In this document: piece by piece, positions 1 through 8,913 of the stretch
How positions within the stretch are numbered: the stretch's first letter is position 1
Layout: every line of letters begins with the position of its first letter
From: a virus
IMG/VR virus record: IMGVR_UViG_3300022932_000014
Span: 93,638 to 143,127 of that record
Reading direction: 5' to 3' (one strand)
Length of the DNA: 49,490 nt
Translations under genes and position numbers: made by a program
Notes under the pieces: generated by a model
Seen by the model: only the letters and a program-made list of their open reading frames with translations
Databases searched by the model: none
What the model was told of the DNA's origin: nothing

Positions 1-63
1 AATTGATACTGCTAAAAGAATTTCATCTTTATATTCTACATATAAAAAATACTTTACCTAATC

Positions 64-95
64 TTTGTTTAATTAAAATAATAGTTGTAATTTTG
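64..95 (+). promoter_or_regulatory. Bacteroidota-type housekeeping promoter (-33 TTTG / -7 TAATTTTG)
   Basis: TTTG 64-67, 20-nt spacer, TAATTTTG 88-95; matches the Bacteroidota TTTG...TAnnTTTG consensus. Confidence 0.75.
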
Positions 96-161
96 TAACT
101 GTTTCAAGGAAGATTTGTTTTTTATTTCTTTTTCCGCGAAATTTAATAAAAATATAGAATT

Positions 162-491
162 ATGCAGAAAGAAACTATAATAATTGACACCATATCTTTA
201 AAGGAAGACACTCTTTTCGGCGAAATAAATCAAGTTATTAGTTATCTAAATAGTATAAAGTCTCGGTATAAAAATGGAGAAAGTATTTATTTAAATCAAG
301 AGTGGTCTGGCTATGAAGACAATTATTTTGAAATTGTAGTTGAGAGACAAGAAACTGATGAAGAGTGTTTAGCGAGAGAAGAAGAAGCCGAACGTGAAAA
401 AAGACGGGGAGAAAAAAGAAAGGAAGCCGAAGAATGTAAAAGAAAAAAGGGTATTCAACAAAAGATAGATGAATTAAAGAAACAATTATGA
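162..491 (+). CDS. hypothetical protein with charged coiled-coil C-terminus
   Basis: ORF after promoter; ATGA overlap with next gene. Confidence 0.75.
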   Translation: MQKETIIIDTISLKEDTLFGEINQVISYLNSIKSRYKNGESIYLNQEWSGYEDNYFEIVVERQETDEECLAREEEAEREKRRGEKRKEAEECKRKKGIQQKIDELKKQL

Positions 492-673
492 AAGGAATAT
501 TTGTAAACTTCAATTTAGAAAACGAAGATTGGACAGACGAAGAATACGAAAATCAAGAAGATAGAGAAATATTTATCCCTATTGCAATTTTGAGAGATTA
601 CATCGGAGAAGCTCTTAATCTGGATAGAAAAGAAAGTGTAGATAATATTTGGCAAATAAAAGAAGTACAATGA
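488..673 (+). CDS. hypothetical protein
   Basis: overlapping stop/start in operon. Confidence 0.65.
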   Translation: MKGIFVNFNLENEDWTDEEYENQEDREIFIPIAILRDYIGEALNLDRKESVDNIWQIKEVQ

Positions 674-882
674 CAACATACAAAATTATAAAAAGTCCTC
701 CATATGATAAAGATGCTCCTAATACTTATTGGATTAAAAGAGAATTTAAACTGTTTGGTTTTACTTTTTCTTGCGGAGTAATAGGTGATTATAAAATGGA
801 TGACGACTACGGATATATGGGGCAAATGCCTTTCTTTGACAGAGAGTCAGCCGAAAAAAGATTAGAAATTTTAAAACAATAA
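670..882 (+). CDS. hypothetical protein
   Basis: ORF track 649-882; ATG at 670 (ATGA overlap) is the more likely start. Confidence 0.65.
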   Translation: MTTYKIIKSPPYDKDAPNTYWIKREFKLFGFTFSCGVIGDYKMDDDYGYMGQMPFFDRESAEKRLEILKQ

Positions 883-885
883 AAT

Positions 886-1125
886 ATGTATAGTCAGGAT
901 GGAGCTTTAGTGCTTAAAGACGGAGTTGTATTATCTACAGTTGAAATAGTAGATTTGTTAAACAGGTTACAGAAAGTATCAGATAAGTGGGATAAATTAG
1001 ATGAAGAAATTAGTAAATTTTATAATGAGCCGACCTATGATGCTGAAAATGACTGTGAATTTGAAGAGGAAGGAGATTTAATAGGAATTGGAGAGCTTGC
1101 TGCTGAATATTTCGGGTATTTATAA
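886..1125 (+). CDS. hypothetical protein
   Basis: tightly packed ORF. Confidence 0.7.
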   Translation: MYSQDGALVLKDGVVLSTVEIVDLLNRLQKVSDKWDKLDEEISKFYNEPTYDAENDCEFEEEGDLIGIGELAAEYFGYL

Positions 1126-1142
1126 ACTTAAAAACAAATAAA

Positions 1143-1394
1143 ATGAAAATAATTGAAACACACTATTACAACAATTCAGATCATGATGACGCTTCAAGTG
1201 TAGAAATAGAATTGATAACAGATGAAGGAGTACATAATTTATCTCTGGGAGAATCTGAACCTGAAGATAACTATCTGTTTAGAGATTTAAATGATGTTTA
1301 TTTTATATCTGATTTAATTCAGAAAGCTTATGAAGCGGGAAAAAGAGGAGAAGAATTTGAATATGAATTAATAGAAGATAAAGATAATGAATAA
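1143..1394 (+). CDS. hypothetical acidic protein
   Basis: tightly packed ORF. Confidence 0.7.
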   Translation: MKIIETHYYNNSDHDDASSVEIELITDEGVHNLSLGESEPEDNYLFRDLNDVYFISDLIQKAYEAGKRGEEFEYELIEDKDNE

Positions 1395-1719
1395 AACATT
1401 TGAAAAACAAAGTACGATTAGTTTAGATTCAAGTCATCATTTGACAAGTGACGGAGATAATGGGATAGTTTTAACTTTTCATGAAATAAGAGAGCGAGAA
1501 AAATTAGAAACAAAGAACGGTAAAAAAGTAAAGTCAGGTAAGACAGAAGAGTATTTATATGAAGGAAAACTTTATTTTACGAGAATTTGTCAGGCATTAA
1601 CCTATTTCGTAGATAAAACTCAAAATGAATCAAAAACATTAGAAGAGTTATTAGAAAAAGTAGATTATAATACTAAACTTTTAGAGAGTCTAGACAGAGA
1701 ATTTAAGCAGTTTGATTAA
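1387..1719 (+). CDS. hypothetical protein
   Basis: overlaps previous stop. Confidence 0.7.
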   Translation: MNKTFEKQSTISLDSSHHLTSDGDNGIVLTFHEIREREKLETKNGKKVKSGKTEEYLYEGKLYFTRICQALTYFVDKTQNESKTLEELLEKVDYNTKLLESLDREFKQFD

Positions 1720-1729
1720 AATTAAGTAG

Positions 1730-1761
1730 TTTGTATAAGTAGTATTATATTCTTATATTTG
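1730..1761 (+). promoter_or_regulatory. promoter upstream of RNR operon
   Basis: TTTG 1730-1733, 20-nt spacer, TATATTTG 1754-1761. Confidence 0.75.
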
Positions 1762-1766
1762 CATTC

Positions 1767-1800
1767 AAGACAGTGGATAGTTTTCTGCTGTCTTTTTTAT
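1767..1800 (+). terminator. intrinsic terminator-like hairpin
   Basis: AAGACAGTGGA 1767-1777 pairs with TCTGCTGTCTT 1784-1794 (with G-U pairs), then T tract. Confidence 0.65.
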
Positions 1801-1827
1801 TCGCCGAAATTTAAAAATTATAAATAA

Positions 1828-2814
1828 ATGAGTATTTTCGAAAAAACATTACATATTGATCCAAAATATCAATATTTAGAAAAGTATGTAAACATTATGT
1901 ATAGAGGATTTTGGACACCCGCTAAATATGAAAAATTAATTAAAGAAGTAGATGCACCTTATTTCTTTAATATTTTACCCAAATTAGATCAAGAAGTTAT
2001 CTCCAGATGCATTTTAGCAGTTTCTTTGGTGGAAGATAAAGTTAAGACTTACTGGAGTACACTGGCCTTAGATATACCCCAAACTATAGTAGGAGATGTT
2101 GGGGGTCTTTTTGGGCAGAGTGAAGTGACTCATCGACGTTCTTATCATGCGTTAGCTAATGCTTTGAATATAAATACAGATGATGTTCTTAAACATGATG
2201 CTTTAAAAGGCAGAATAGATTATTTAGCAAAATATTTAGAAAATGATCCTAAAATAATAGGTAAAAAAAGAATATTAAAAAAATTAGTATTATTTACTTC
2301 TCTCGTAGAAAGGTGCAGTCTTTTTACTCAATTTTATATCCTTATGTCTTATGCAATGAATAATAAAGGACTTAAGACTATTTCTGCCTTACAAGAATCC
2401 ACAGCTAAAGAGGAAGACATACACTATAAATTCGGTATAGACATTATTAATGAAATCAAAAACGAACTTCCACAAATCTGGGATGAGTATTTAGTGGAAT
2501 TAATTACCGATAATATAAATATTGCCTACACAGCAGAATTGAATCTAATAGATTGGTTTTTTGAAAATGGTACTCCTGAACACTTAACAAAAATAGAAGT
2601 TGTTAATTTTTTAAATTATAATTTTGCTATAGTGGCAAAAGACTTGAATTTAGATTTAGATTTTAAAGTAGATGATAAAATATACGAAAGTAAAAATGCT
2701 TGGTTTAAAAGAAAAGTGTTTATAACAACAGAACCAGATTTTTTTGATAATGCTGTAGGAGGATATGCCTCTGACGACGAAGAAACAGAAATAACAGATA
2801 TAGAATGGAATTAA
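1828..2814 (+). CDS. nrdB: ribonucleotide reductase class I beta subunit (class Id/NrdBi-like)
   Basis: ferritin-like ligands SLVEDKVKTYW, SEVTHRRSY (radical Tyr position), LVERCSLFTQF, EEDIH; C-terminal DFF...Y tail. Confidence 0.95.
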   Translation: MSIFEKTLHIDPKYQYLEKYVNIMYRGFWTPAKYEKLIKEVDAPYFFNILPKLDQEVISRCILAVSLVEDKVKTYWSTLALDIPQTIVGDVGGLFGQSEVTHRRSYHALANALNINTDDVLKHDALKGRIDYLAKYLENDPKIIGKKRILKKLVLFTSLVERCSLFTQFYILMSYAMNNKGLKTISALQESTAKEEDIHYKFGIDIINEIKNELPQIWDEYLVELITDNINIAYTAELNLIDWFFENGTPEHLTKIEVVNFLNYNFAIVAKDLNLDLDFKVDDKIYESKNAWFKRKVFITTEPDFFDNAVGGYASDDEETEITDIEWN

Positions 2815-4505
2815 AATTTTTACAAAAACCTCAGTTAGAATTTCTTAAAGATGGTTACTTAGAGCCAGGTGAAACAGCAAATGAACGGTTCTCAGCTATT
2901 ATTAAAAGAGTTAAACACTATGAACCTCTTTATTCAGAAGGACTAGCAGAGAGACTTTCTTACATGATTGAAAAGAATATATTAAGTTTATCCACACCAG
3001 CAATAGCTAACTTTGGGCGAGAAAAAAAAGATACAGCAAATACCACTAATCTCCCAGCATCATGTAATATAATTACAGTGGGAGACTCTATATCAGACAT
3101 ATATAATTCCATTGCACAAGTAGCCATGCTTTCTAAATTAGGCGCAGGAGTAGGCTCTGATTTTCAAATGGTGGCACAAAAAGATACAAAACTTAGAGAA
3201 GGGTTTTATTCTAATTCAAAACTAGATTGGATAGAAGATTCTGTGAGAACGGCTCAAAAAGTTAGTCAATCCAGTACCCGAAGAGGTTATAATACTCCTT
3301 TTATATCTATAGATGATAATGATTTTGAAGAGTTATTAAAAAGAGTTGATAAAACAAACCCAGATAAAAATGATCCTTTAGTAAACAACACTATAGGTAT
3401 TATTTTACCTGAAGGATTTTGGGAAAGACTTAGAAATAAAGATGAAAAATTACAAGATAGGTGGCTGAAAGTTTTAAAATTCAGACAAAAAGTTGGTAAG
3501 ATTTATCTAGGTGATGTAGAGAACATGAATAAAAACAGTTCTCCTGTGTATAAAAAATTGGGTTTAAAAGTAGCTACAACTAATATTTGCACAGAATTTT
3601 TACAGCCTTTATTTACAGACATGACTTCCGTTTGTGTGATATCCGCTTTAAATTTGATATATTGGGATGAAATTAAGGAAAACCCGCAAATGATTAAGGA
3701 TGCTTTCATGTTCTTAGATATTTTAAATGAGGAGTATATACTTTTAAGTAAAGGAGTACCTTTCTTAGAGAAAGCTAGAAAAGCTGCAAAAAACAAGAGA
3801 GATGTAGGATTAGGTACATTAGGTTTTCACGAACTCTTACAACTTAAAAATTATAGTTTTGGAGATATCTACAGTAGAAAATTAAATAAGGAAATATACT
3901 CTACAATTAGAAAGTACGGAGAAGAGATTACTTACGAAATGGGAGGTAAGTTAGGTTCTCCCCAATTAGCAAAAGAAGCAGGTATGCAACGTAGAAACTG
4001 TTCTCTTATGATGATTGCTCCAAATAAGTCGACTTCTTTTATTTCTGGTGCAACTTCCTTAGGAATTGAGCCTTTTATGAGTAATGTGTTTGTAAAGACA
4101 TTGGCTAAAATACAATATGTTTTTAAAAACCCGCACTTAGAAAAATTATTAGAGAGAAAAGACAAAAACACAAAGGAGGTTTGGGAGAGTATTGAAGATA
4201 ATAATGGATCAGTGCAACATTTAGAATTTTTAGAAGATTTTGAAAAAGATATTTTTAAAACCTTTTCTGAAATATCTCCGAAAGATATAATTGATTTGGC
4301 AGCCGACAGACAAGAATTTATAGATATGGGGCAAAGTCTAAATCTAGTCTTTAGAAAGAACTATACAATTAAAGACTTACACGAGATTCATAAATATGCT
4401 TTTGAAAAAGGATTAAAAACTCTGTATTACGCTTACCCTTCAGCACATGCTTCTTTAGAAAAAGAGGGAGAGAAATGGGACACTTGTTCTATGTGTGCAG
4501 ATTAA
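2805..4505 (+). CDS. nrdA: ribonucleotide reductase class I alpha subunit, short, no ATP cone
   Basis: ASCN, TNICTE (NxCxE finger loop), APNKSTS, GIEP, GLKTLYY, C-terminal CSMC. Confidence 0.95.
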   Translation: MELKFLQKPQLEFLKDGYLEPGETANERFSAIIKRVKHYEPLYSEGLAERLSYMIEKNILSLSTPAIANFGREKKDTANTTNLPASCNIITVGDSISDIYNSIAQVAMLSKLGAGVGSDFQMVAQKDTKLREGFYSNSKLDWIEDSVRTAQKVSQSSTRRGYNTPFISIDDNDFEELLKRVDKTNPDKNDPLVNNTIGIILPEGFWERLRNKDEKLQDRWLKVLKFRQKVGKIYLGDVENMNKNSSPVYKKLGLKVATTNICTEFLQPLFTDMTSVCVISALNLIYWDEIKENPQMIKDAFMFLDILNEEYILLSKGVPFLEKARKAAKNKRDVGLGTLGFHELLQLKNYSFGDIYSRKLNKEIYSTIRKYGEEITYEMGGKLGSPQLAKEAGMQRRNCSLMMIAPNKSTSFISGATSLGIEPFMSNVFVKTLAKIQYVFKNPHLEKLLERKDKNTKEVWESIEDNNGSVQHLEFLEDFEKDIFKTFSEISPKDIIDLAADRQEFIDMGQSLNLVFRKNYTIKDLHEIHKYAFEKGLKTLYYAYPSAHASLEKEGEKWDTCSMCAD

Positions 4506-4512
4506 ACCAACC

Positions 4513-4546
4513 AAATCCCCCAATAAAACGGGGGATTTTTTATTTT
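4513..4546 (+). terminator. intrinsic terminator after RNR operon
   Basis: AAATCCCCC 4513-4521 / GGGGGATTT 4530-4538, then T tract. Confidence 0.85.
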
Positions 4547-4569
4547 ATATAAAGTTTTTACAAAAAAGC

Positions 4570-4600
4570 TTGCGGGTTAAATAAATTAATTGTAAGTTTG
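4570..4600 (+). promoter_or_regulatory. promoter
   Basis: TTG 4570-4572, 20-nt spacer, TAAGTTTG 4593-4600. Confidence 0.75.
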
Positions 4601-4620
4601 CAATAATAAAAATAAGAAAT

Positions 4621-4818
4621 ATGAAAATAATAGTTTTACATGATTATGGAAACAGTAAAGAAATAACCATCTTTGTTGATAATATTTGCACATTAAAAGA
4701 AAGTAATAATGGGACTTATGTAAGCATGGCATCTGGTGAAACAGATTTTGTATCTGAAAATAAGAGTTATATAATTAAAGAAATAAAAAACTTTGCTGTT
4801 AACTTAGATACATTTTAA
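4621..4818 (+). CDS. hypothetical protein
   Basis: first ORF after promoter. Confidence 0.7.
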   Translation: MKIIVLHDYGNSKEITIFVDNICTLKESNNGTYVSMASGETDFVSENKSYIIKEIKNFAVNLDTF

Positions 4819-4926
4819 ATGACAGATCAAGAACAACGAAAAGCAAATATCACTTTCATTAAAACAGTTTTTGTAACATTAATCATATTAGGAATTATAA
4901 TTTGGCGCATAAATACAGTAAAATAA
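4819..4926 (+). CDS. small single-pass membrane protein (35 aa)
   Basis: read by hand: MTDQEQRKANITFIKTVFVTLIILGIIIWRINTVK; abuts previous stop. Confidence 0.5.
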   Translation: MTDQEQRKANITFIKTVFVTLIILGIIIWRINTVK

Positions 4927-5096
4927 CGAAAGAATCTGTTTTAAATTTATTTTTGCGCGAAAAACAAGTAATAAACAGAAATTATATAGCAAAACAATTA
5001 AACTGTTCTGTATATAGTGTAAGAATAGCCTTAGAGCAATTAAAAGACGATAATAAAATTAAATTAAGTAATCATGGATATATTAAAAACAATTAA
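4902..5096 (+). CDS. putative small winged-HTH DNA-binding protein
   Basis: TTG start; INRNYIAKQLNCSVYSVRIALEQLKDDNKI has an HTH pattern. Confidence 0.5.
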   Translation: MAHKYSKITKESVLNLFLREKQVINRNYIAKQLNCSVYSVRIALEQLKDDNKIKLSNHGYIKNN

Positions 5097-5778
5097 ATAT
5101 TACAATAATCGGCCTGTATTAGTTTTACAAAAACATGAAGTAGCTGATTTTTATCAAATACTCGTAGATATCGAAATACAAGATATTGATTTAGATCATA
5201 TCGCAGAATCTTTCAGAGGTTGTGATGCTTGTATGGTTGGTCATAAATCTACATGTTATTGCGACGAATCAGTTGCAAAAGCCTATGATGTTGTAGAGCG
5301 AATTATCGAGGATTATAAAATAAAAGATTCGCAATTATTTTATGTTCCAGCTAAAGATTTAAAAGATGCTCCTTTCGAATGGAGAGAAAACAAAGGTCTT
5401 GTTGATAAAATTAAAGGAAATAAAGATGTTCTTAATGGACTGATTGATATTGTTGCCGAAAATAAGAGCTTGATTAAGCAACAAGAAAAACAATTGTCTG
5501 ACAACAAAGAAGAAATTCGTAAAATGGATGCTATCGTAGAGAACAGAAAAGCACTAACAGAAATAGTAATTAAAGATTACGATAAACTTACTTATGATAT
5601 TAAGGAACTAGAGTCACAAAAGAATTTAATTATTGTTGGATCAGAGGTTAAAATTGAATACTCAGAGTATGAAAAACTACTAAAACGGGATGAAATACTC
5701 TCTGCTTTGGAAATTGGTGGAGTTGATAATTGGGAATGGTATGATGAATCACTTAAAGGTATAAATGATGAAGAATAA
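5074..5778 (+). CDS. hypothetical coiled-coil protein
   Basis: 234 aa; heptad-rich centre, C-terminal GVDNWEWY motif common in phage proteins. Confidence 0.8.
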   Translation: MDILKTIKYYNNRPVLVLQKHEVADFYQILVDIEIQDIDLDHIAESFRGCDACMVGHKSTCYCDESVAKAYDVVERIIEDYKIKDSQLFYVPAKDLKDAPFEWRENKGLVDKIKGNKDVLNGLIDIVAENKSLIKQQEKQLSDNKEEIRKMDAIVENRKALTEIVIKDYDKLTYDIKELESQKNLIIVGSEVKIEYSEYEKLLKRDEILSALEIGGVDNWEWYDESLKGINDEE

Positions 5779-6049
5779 TACAAGAGAATTAAGTGAATTA
5801 GGTCAAGAGATAAGTTATGGTAAAACAGTTTTACATCAGATAGCTATAGAACTAGGGCTGTTGAAAAATGATAATTTTAGTTTCCAATACGATTTTTATG
5901 AGAGGAGAGACAGTTACGTAATTGATTCTCCGCAGAATGACTTTATAATTTCTGTTCCCAAAAATACAGCCGATTTAGAGAGGTTTCCATTCAGAGTAGT
6001 AAAGAAATTAAAAGAACACGGATTTGATATTGGTAATTTAACATTATAA
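5765..6049 (+). CDS. hypothetical protein
   Basis: overlapping operon ORF. Confidence 0.7.
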   Translation: MMKNNTRELSELGQEISYGKTVLHQIAIELGLLKNDNFSFQYDFYERRDSYVIDSPQNDFIISVPKNTADLERFPFRVVKKLKEHGFDIGNLTL

Positions 6050-6053
6050 AAAA

Positions 6054-6107
6054 ATGAAATACAACGAATTAGAACCATTAGTTATTCAATGGGCAAAAGA
6101 TAAATGA
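6054..6107 (+). pseudogene. 17-codon remnant resembling the N-terminus of a MazG-like protein
   Basis: MKYNELEPLVIQWAKDK*; resembles the (V)xxWAxxK/R start of phage MazG-like proteins; its TGA overlaps the HNH start codon. Confidence 0.5.
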
Positions 6108-6805
6108 TATTTACAGAAGAGGATTTAGAAATAGAAGAGTGGAAAGATCTAATTGGTTATGATTATAACTACCAAATTTCAAATATGGGTAGATTTAAAA
6201 TATTAACGGCTTTCCATAAAAGTAAAATTGGATCGATAACAACAGGTTTCTTTGATGTTAAAGGGTATTTAAGAGTTTCTGTAAAAATGAACGGTCGTTC
6301 TCTGACTAAAAAGGTACACAGACTTGTTGCCGAGTATTTTGATGAGGACTTTTTAGAAAATTTAACTGTTAACCACAAAGACTTTGATAAAACTAATAAT
6401 AAGAAAACAAATTTAGAAATGATGTCTTCCGCCGAAAATGCTATTGACTTCATAACAAAAATTAAAAAGTTTCAAACTTATAGTCAAGTCATAGGTGTGT
6501 GTTACCATAAACAAATTAATAAATGGGTGGCTAGAATAAATTTAAATGGGAGTAGGAAAAGTATTGGGGTTTTTAATACAAAAACAGAAGCTGAAGAAGC
6601 TATTAAAAATTTTGAAAATTATAGTATAAAAGAAGGTAAGGGTGTAAGTAATAAAAATAAAAGAAAATACTCTAAAGAAGATTTAAATAATATAAAAAGT
6701 TGTATTGAAGATATAGGTTTTACAAAAACAAGAATATTATTTAGTATTGGAACTAGTACATTAAAATTAATAGAAAATGATAAATATTTTGACGAAAGAA
6801 ATTAA
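6104..6805 (+). CDS. NUMOD4-HNH-AP2 homing endonuclease
   Basis: EEWKDLIGY..YQISNMGR (NUMOD4); VHRLVA..VNHKDFDKTNN..NLE (HNH); GVCYHKQINKWVARI..IGVF..EA (AP2). Confidence 0.9.
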   Translation: MIFTEEDLEIEEWKDLIGYDYNYQISNMGRFKILTAFHKSKIGSITTGFFDVKGYLRVSVKMNGRSLTKKVHRLVAEYFDEDFLENLTVNHKDFDKTNNKKTNLEMMSSAENAIDFITKIKKFQTYSQVIGVCYHKQINKWVARINLNGSRKSIGVFNTKTEAEEAIKNFENYSIKEGKGVSNKNKRKYSKEDLNNIKSCIEDIGFTKTRILFSIGTSTLKLIENDKYFDERN

Positions 6806-7151
6806 TAATTTAAGAGATATTTGTTATAAGGCCTCTTTCGACGCAGGGTGGCACACAAACTTAGAAACAGGAGAATTATTAGAAAGAAACAAGGCTGAAA
6901 TGCTATGTTTAATTCATAGTGAAATTTCAGAAGCTATGGAAGGTGAAAGAAAGGGATTAGTGGACGATCATTTACCTGATAGACCGATGGCCGAAGTGGA
7001 ATTAGCGGATGCTGTTATTCGAATTATGGATTATGCAGGAAGATGGGGATATGATATTGGAGGAGCGCTTGTAGCAAAAATGGACTACAATAAAAATCGT
7101 AAAGATCATAAACTAGAGAATAGGATTAAAGATGGCGGTAAAAAGTTTTAA
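6777..7151 (+). CDS. MazG-like nucleotide pyrophosphohydrolase
   Basis: LIHSEISEAMEG...EVELADAVIRIMD all-alpha NTP-PPase acidic motif; AKMDYN. Confidence 0.85.
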   Translation: MINILTKEINNLRDICYKASFDAGWHTNLETGELLERNKAEMLCLIHSEISEAMEGERKGLVDDHLPDRPMAEVELADAVIRIMDYAGRWGYDIGGALVAKMDYNKNRKDHKLENRIKDGGKKF

Positions 7152-7154
7152 TAA

Positions 7155-7292
7155 AAAGTGGAGAGTTAGGAATAAAACAATATATGTTTACACTAGAGAA
7201 ATACAAAAAGAAGTGTTTGATACTTATGGAGCGGAAGTTCCTTTTTTACATGGTTTATTACCCAAAGGAAAATTTTTATAACTCTCCACTTT
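7155..7292. repeat. 14-bp perfect inverted repeat enclosing 110 bp
   Basis: AAAGTGGAGAGTTA 7155-7168 / TAACTCTCCACTTT 7279-7292. Confidence 0.6.
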
Positions 7293-7344
7293 ACTTTGAA
7301 ATGTATCACCCTAATTTAGAAATTGAGAAATAAATAAAAGAATT

Positions 7345-7599
7345 ATGATTTATAAAATAACAAAAATAGCCGATGTGGAAAATCCATATCACGAGAATTC
7401 CGACTTTGGATTTAGCAAACCGTTTCATTTAGGAGAATACACAAAAGAGCCAGAAGTAGGAGAAAGATTTAATTTATATCCTATTGATTTTCAGAACAGA
7501 GGTATTTCAACATCCCCTGTTGCTGAGATAATTGATGAAAAGACTTTTAAAACACTTAATTCAGTGTATACTTATGAACCTTATTTAGAAGAGCTATGA
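7345..7599 (+). CDS. hypothetical protein
   Basis: ORF; PEVGERF..TSPV..TLNSVY pattern seen in phage hypotheticals. Confidence 0.75.
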   Translation: MIYKITKIADVENPYHENSDFGFSKPFHLGEYTKEPEVGERFNLYPIDFQNRGISTSPVAEIIDEKTFKTLNSVYTYEPYLEEL

Positions 7600-7931
7600 A
7601 AGAGGTAAGAATAAACCCAGAGTACGTAACACATATTAAGATTACACCAGCTGTTAATAGCGGTTTTGTGTGGCGAGATAAAGTAGAGAAAAGAGGCTTA
7701 TTTGGCCGAGATAAAAGTATACAAGAAGGGTATTACAGTAAATTTGGCTATAGATTAGATGTTGAAAATTGGAAATATCTTAATATTATTGATAATGTTG
7801 TTTGGTATCAGCCTTTTTTAGAAGTTTTTTGCGGCGAAACTTTAGTCTATAGTGCCCACTACGAAACGACAGAAGAAATTAGAGAACTTTGTCAAAGAGA
7901 GTTTCCATATATAAATGTTATTTTATCATGA
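7596..7931 (+). CDS. hypothetical protein
   Basis: ATGA overlaps on both sides. Confidence 0.75.
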   Translation: MKEVRINPEYVTHIKITPAVNSGFVWRDKVEKRGLFGRDKSIQEGYYSKFGYRLDVENWKYLNIIDNVVWYQPFLEVFCGETLVYSAHYETTEEIRELCQREFPYINVILS

Positions 7932-8308
7932 GTTACACAGAACTACACACAGGTAAATTAAGACCTCTTGTAATTGAGATGTCAATAGAAGAATTCATAA
8001 ATTGGGTAGAGACCAAAGAAGGTTTTGAAATCGAGGATTTAGAATATCTCTTAGAAGAAGAGTATCAATTCTTCCAAGTTAGAGATAAAAATAAGGAGTA
8101 TAAGAAATCTATGTACATTAAATATGTTTACAATAAGGGCGCTTTATATGAAGTTATAGAACACTCTGGAGAAAGAGAAGTAGATTTCCTTGATATCACA
8201 ACTAAAAATGAAGATGGTACTGTGAGTTTCACTTATTTGTTTTATAATGGAGGAACTTGTTTTTCAGAGCTTTTAGAAGAGGGACTGGATAAAATAGAAA
8301 AGCAATGA
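7928..8308 (+). CDS. hypothetical protein
   Basis: ORF track 7889-8308; ATG 7928 (MSYTELHTGK) preferred because of ATGA overlap. Confidence 0.75.
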   Translation: MSYTELHTGKLRPLVIEMSIEEFINWVETKEGFEIEDLEYLLEEEYQFFQVRDKNKEYKKSMYIKYVYNKGALYEVIEHSGEREVDFLDITTKNEDGTVSFTYLFYNGGTCFSELLEEGLDKIEKQ

Positions 8309-8907
8309 GTTATATAAATTATGAAGTAATGACTTCAAAGCATTTATCTCTTTATGAACTAGGAGTATTACAGCTCATCAAGCAAAACAGAATAGAGGAT
8401 TTAAGCACAGAAATTGAGTTTTCGGTAACCAACACTGAAATTATAAAGAAATGGTCTGAGGTTGGCTATATTGAAGTAATTAAAGGTAAAAAAGATCAAT
8501 CATTATATCAAAAACTCCGTACAACAAAATTAGGTAATGATATTTTAGATGATGTTGGCACTCCTGAGGTAACAGAAGAACAATTAAGAATGAGGGACTA
8601 TTTAATAGAGATGTATCTAAATCATGAAGATACTGAGCGGGTAATAGGTAATAAAAAATCTATTGCGTCTTACATAAGTATATTGCAACATCATCTTGGG
8701 ATTAGTATTTATCAGTTTTTTTATCTTTGTGAATACTTTTTGGCGGAATACCCCTATACAAAAAAATTGGAGAACCTCTTTTGGGATAAGAACAAGCACA
8801 GGTATAAAGAATTCAAAAATAACATTCAAGATGCTACTATTTACCAATTTTATGAGCAACATCAAAAAGATATTGAAAATTATTGGAGACAAAAAATTAA
8901 AACATAA
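8305..8907 (+). CDS. hypothetical protein, possible replication accessory factor
   Basis: 200 aa immediately upstream of helicase; function inferred from position only. Confidence 0.7.
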   Translation: MSYINYEVMTSKHLSLYELGVLQLIKQNRIEDLSTEIEFSVTNTEIIKKWSEVGYIEVIKGKKDQSLYQKLRTTKLGNDILDDVGTPEVTEEQLRMRDYLIEMYLNHEDTERVIGNKKSIASYISILQHHLGISIYQFFYLCEYFLAEYPYTKKLENLFWDKNKHRYKEFKNNIQDATIYQFYEQHQKDIENYWRQKIKT

Positions 8908-8913
8908 TAATAA

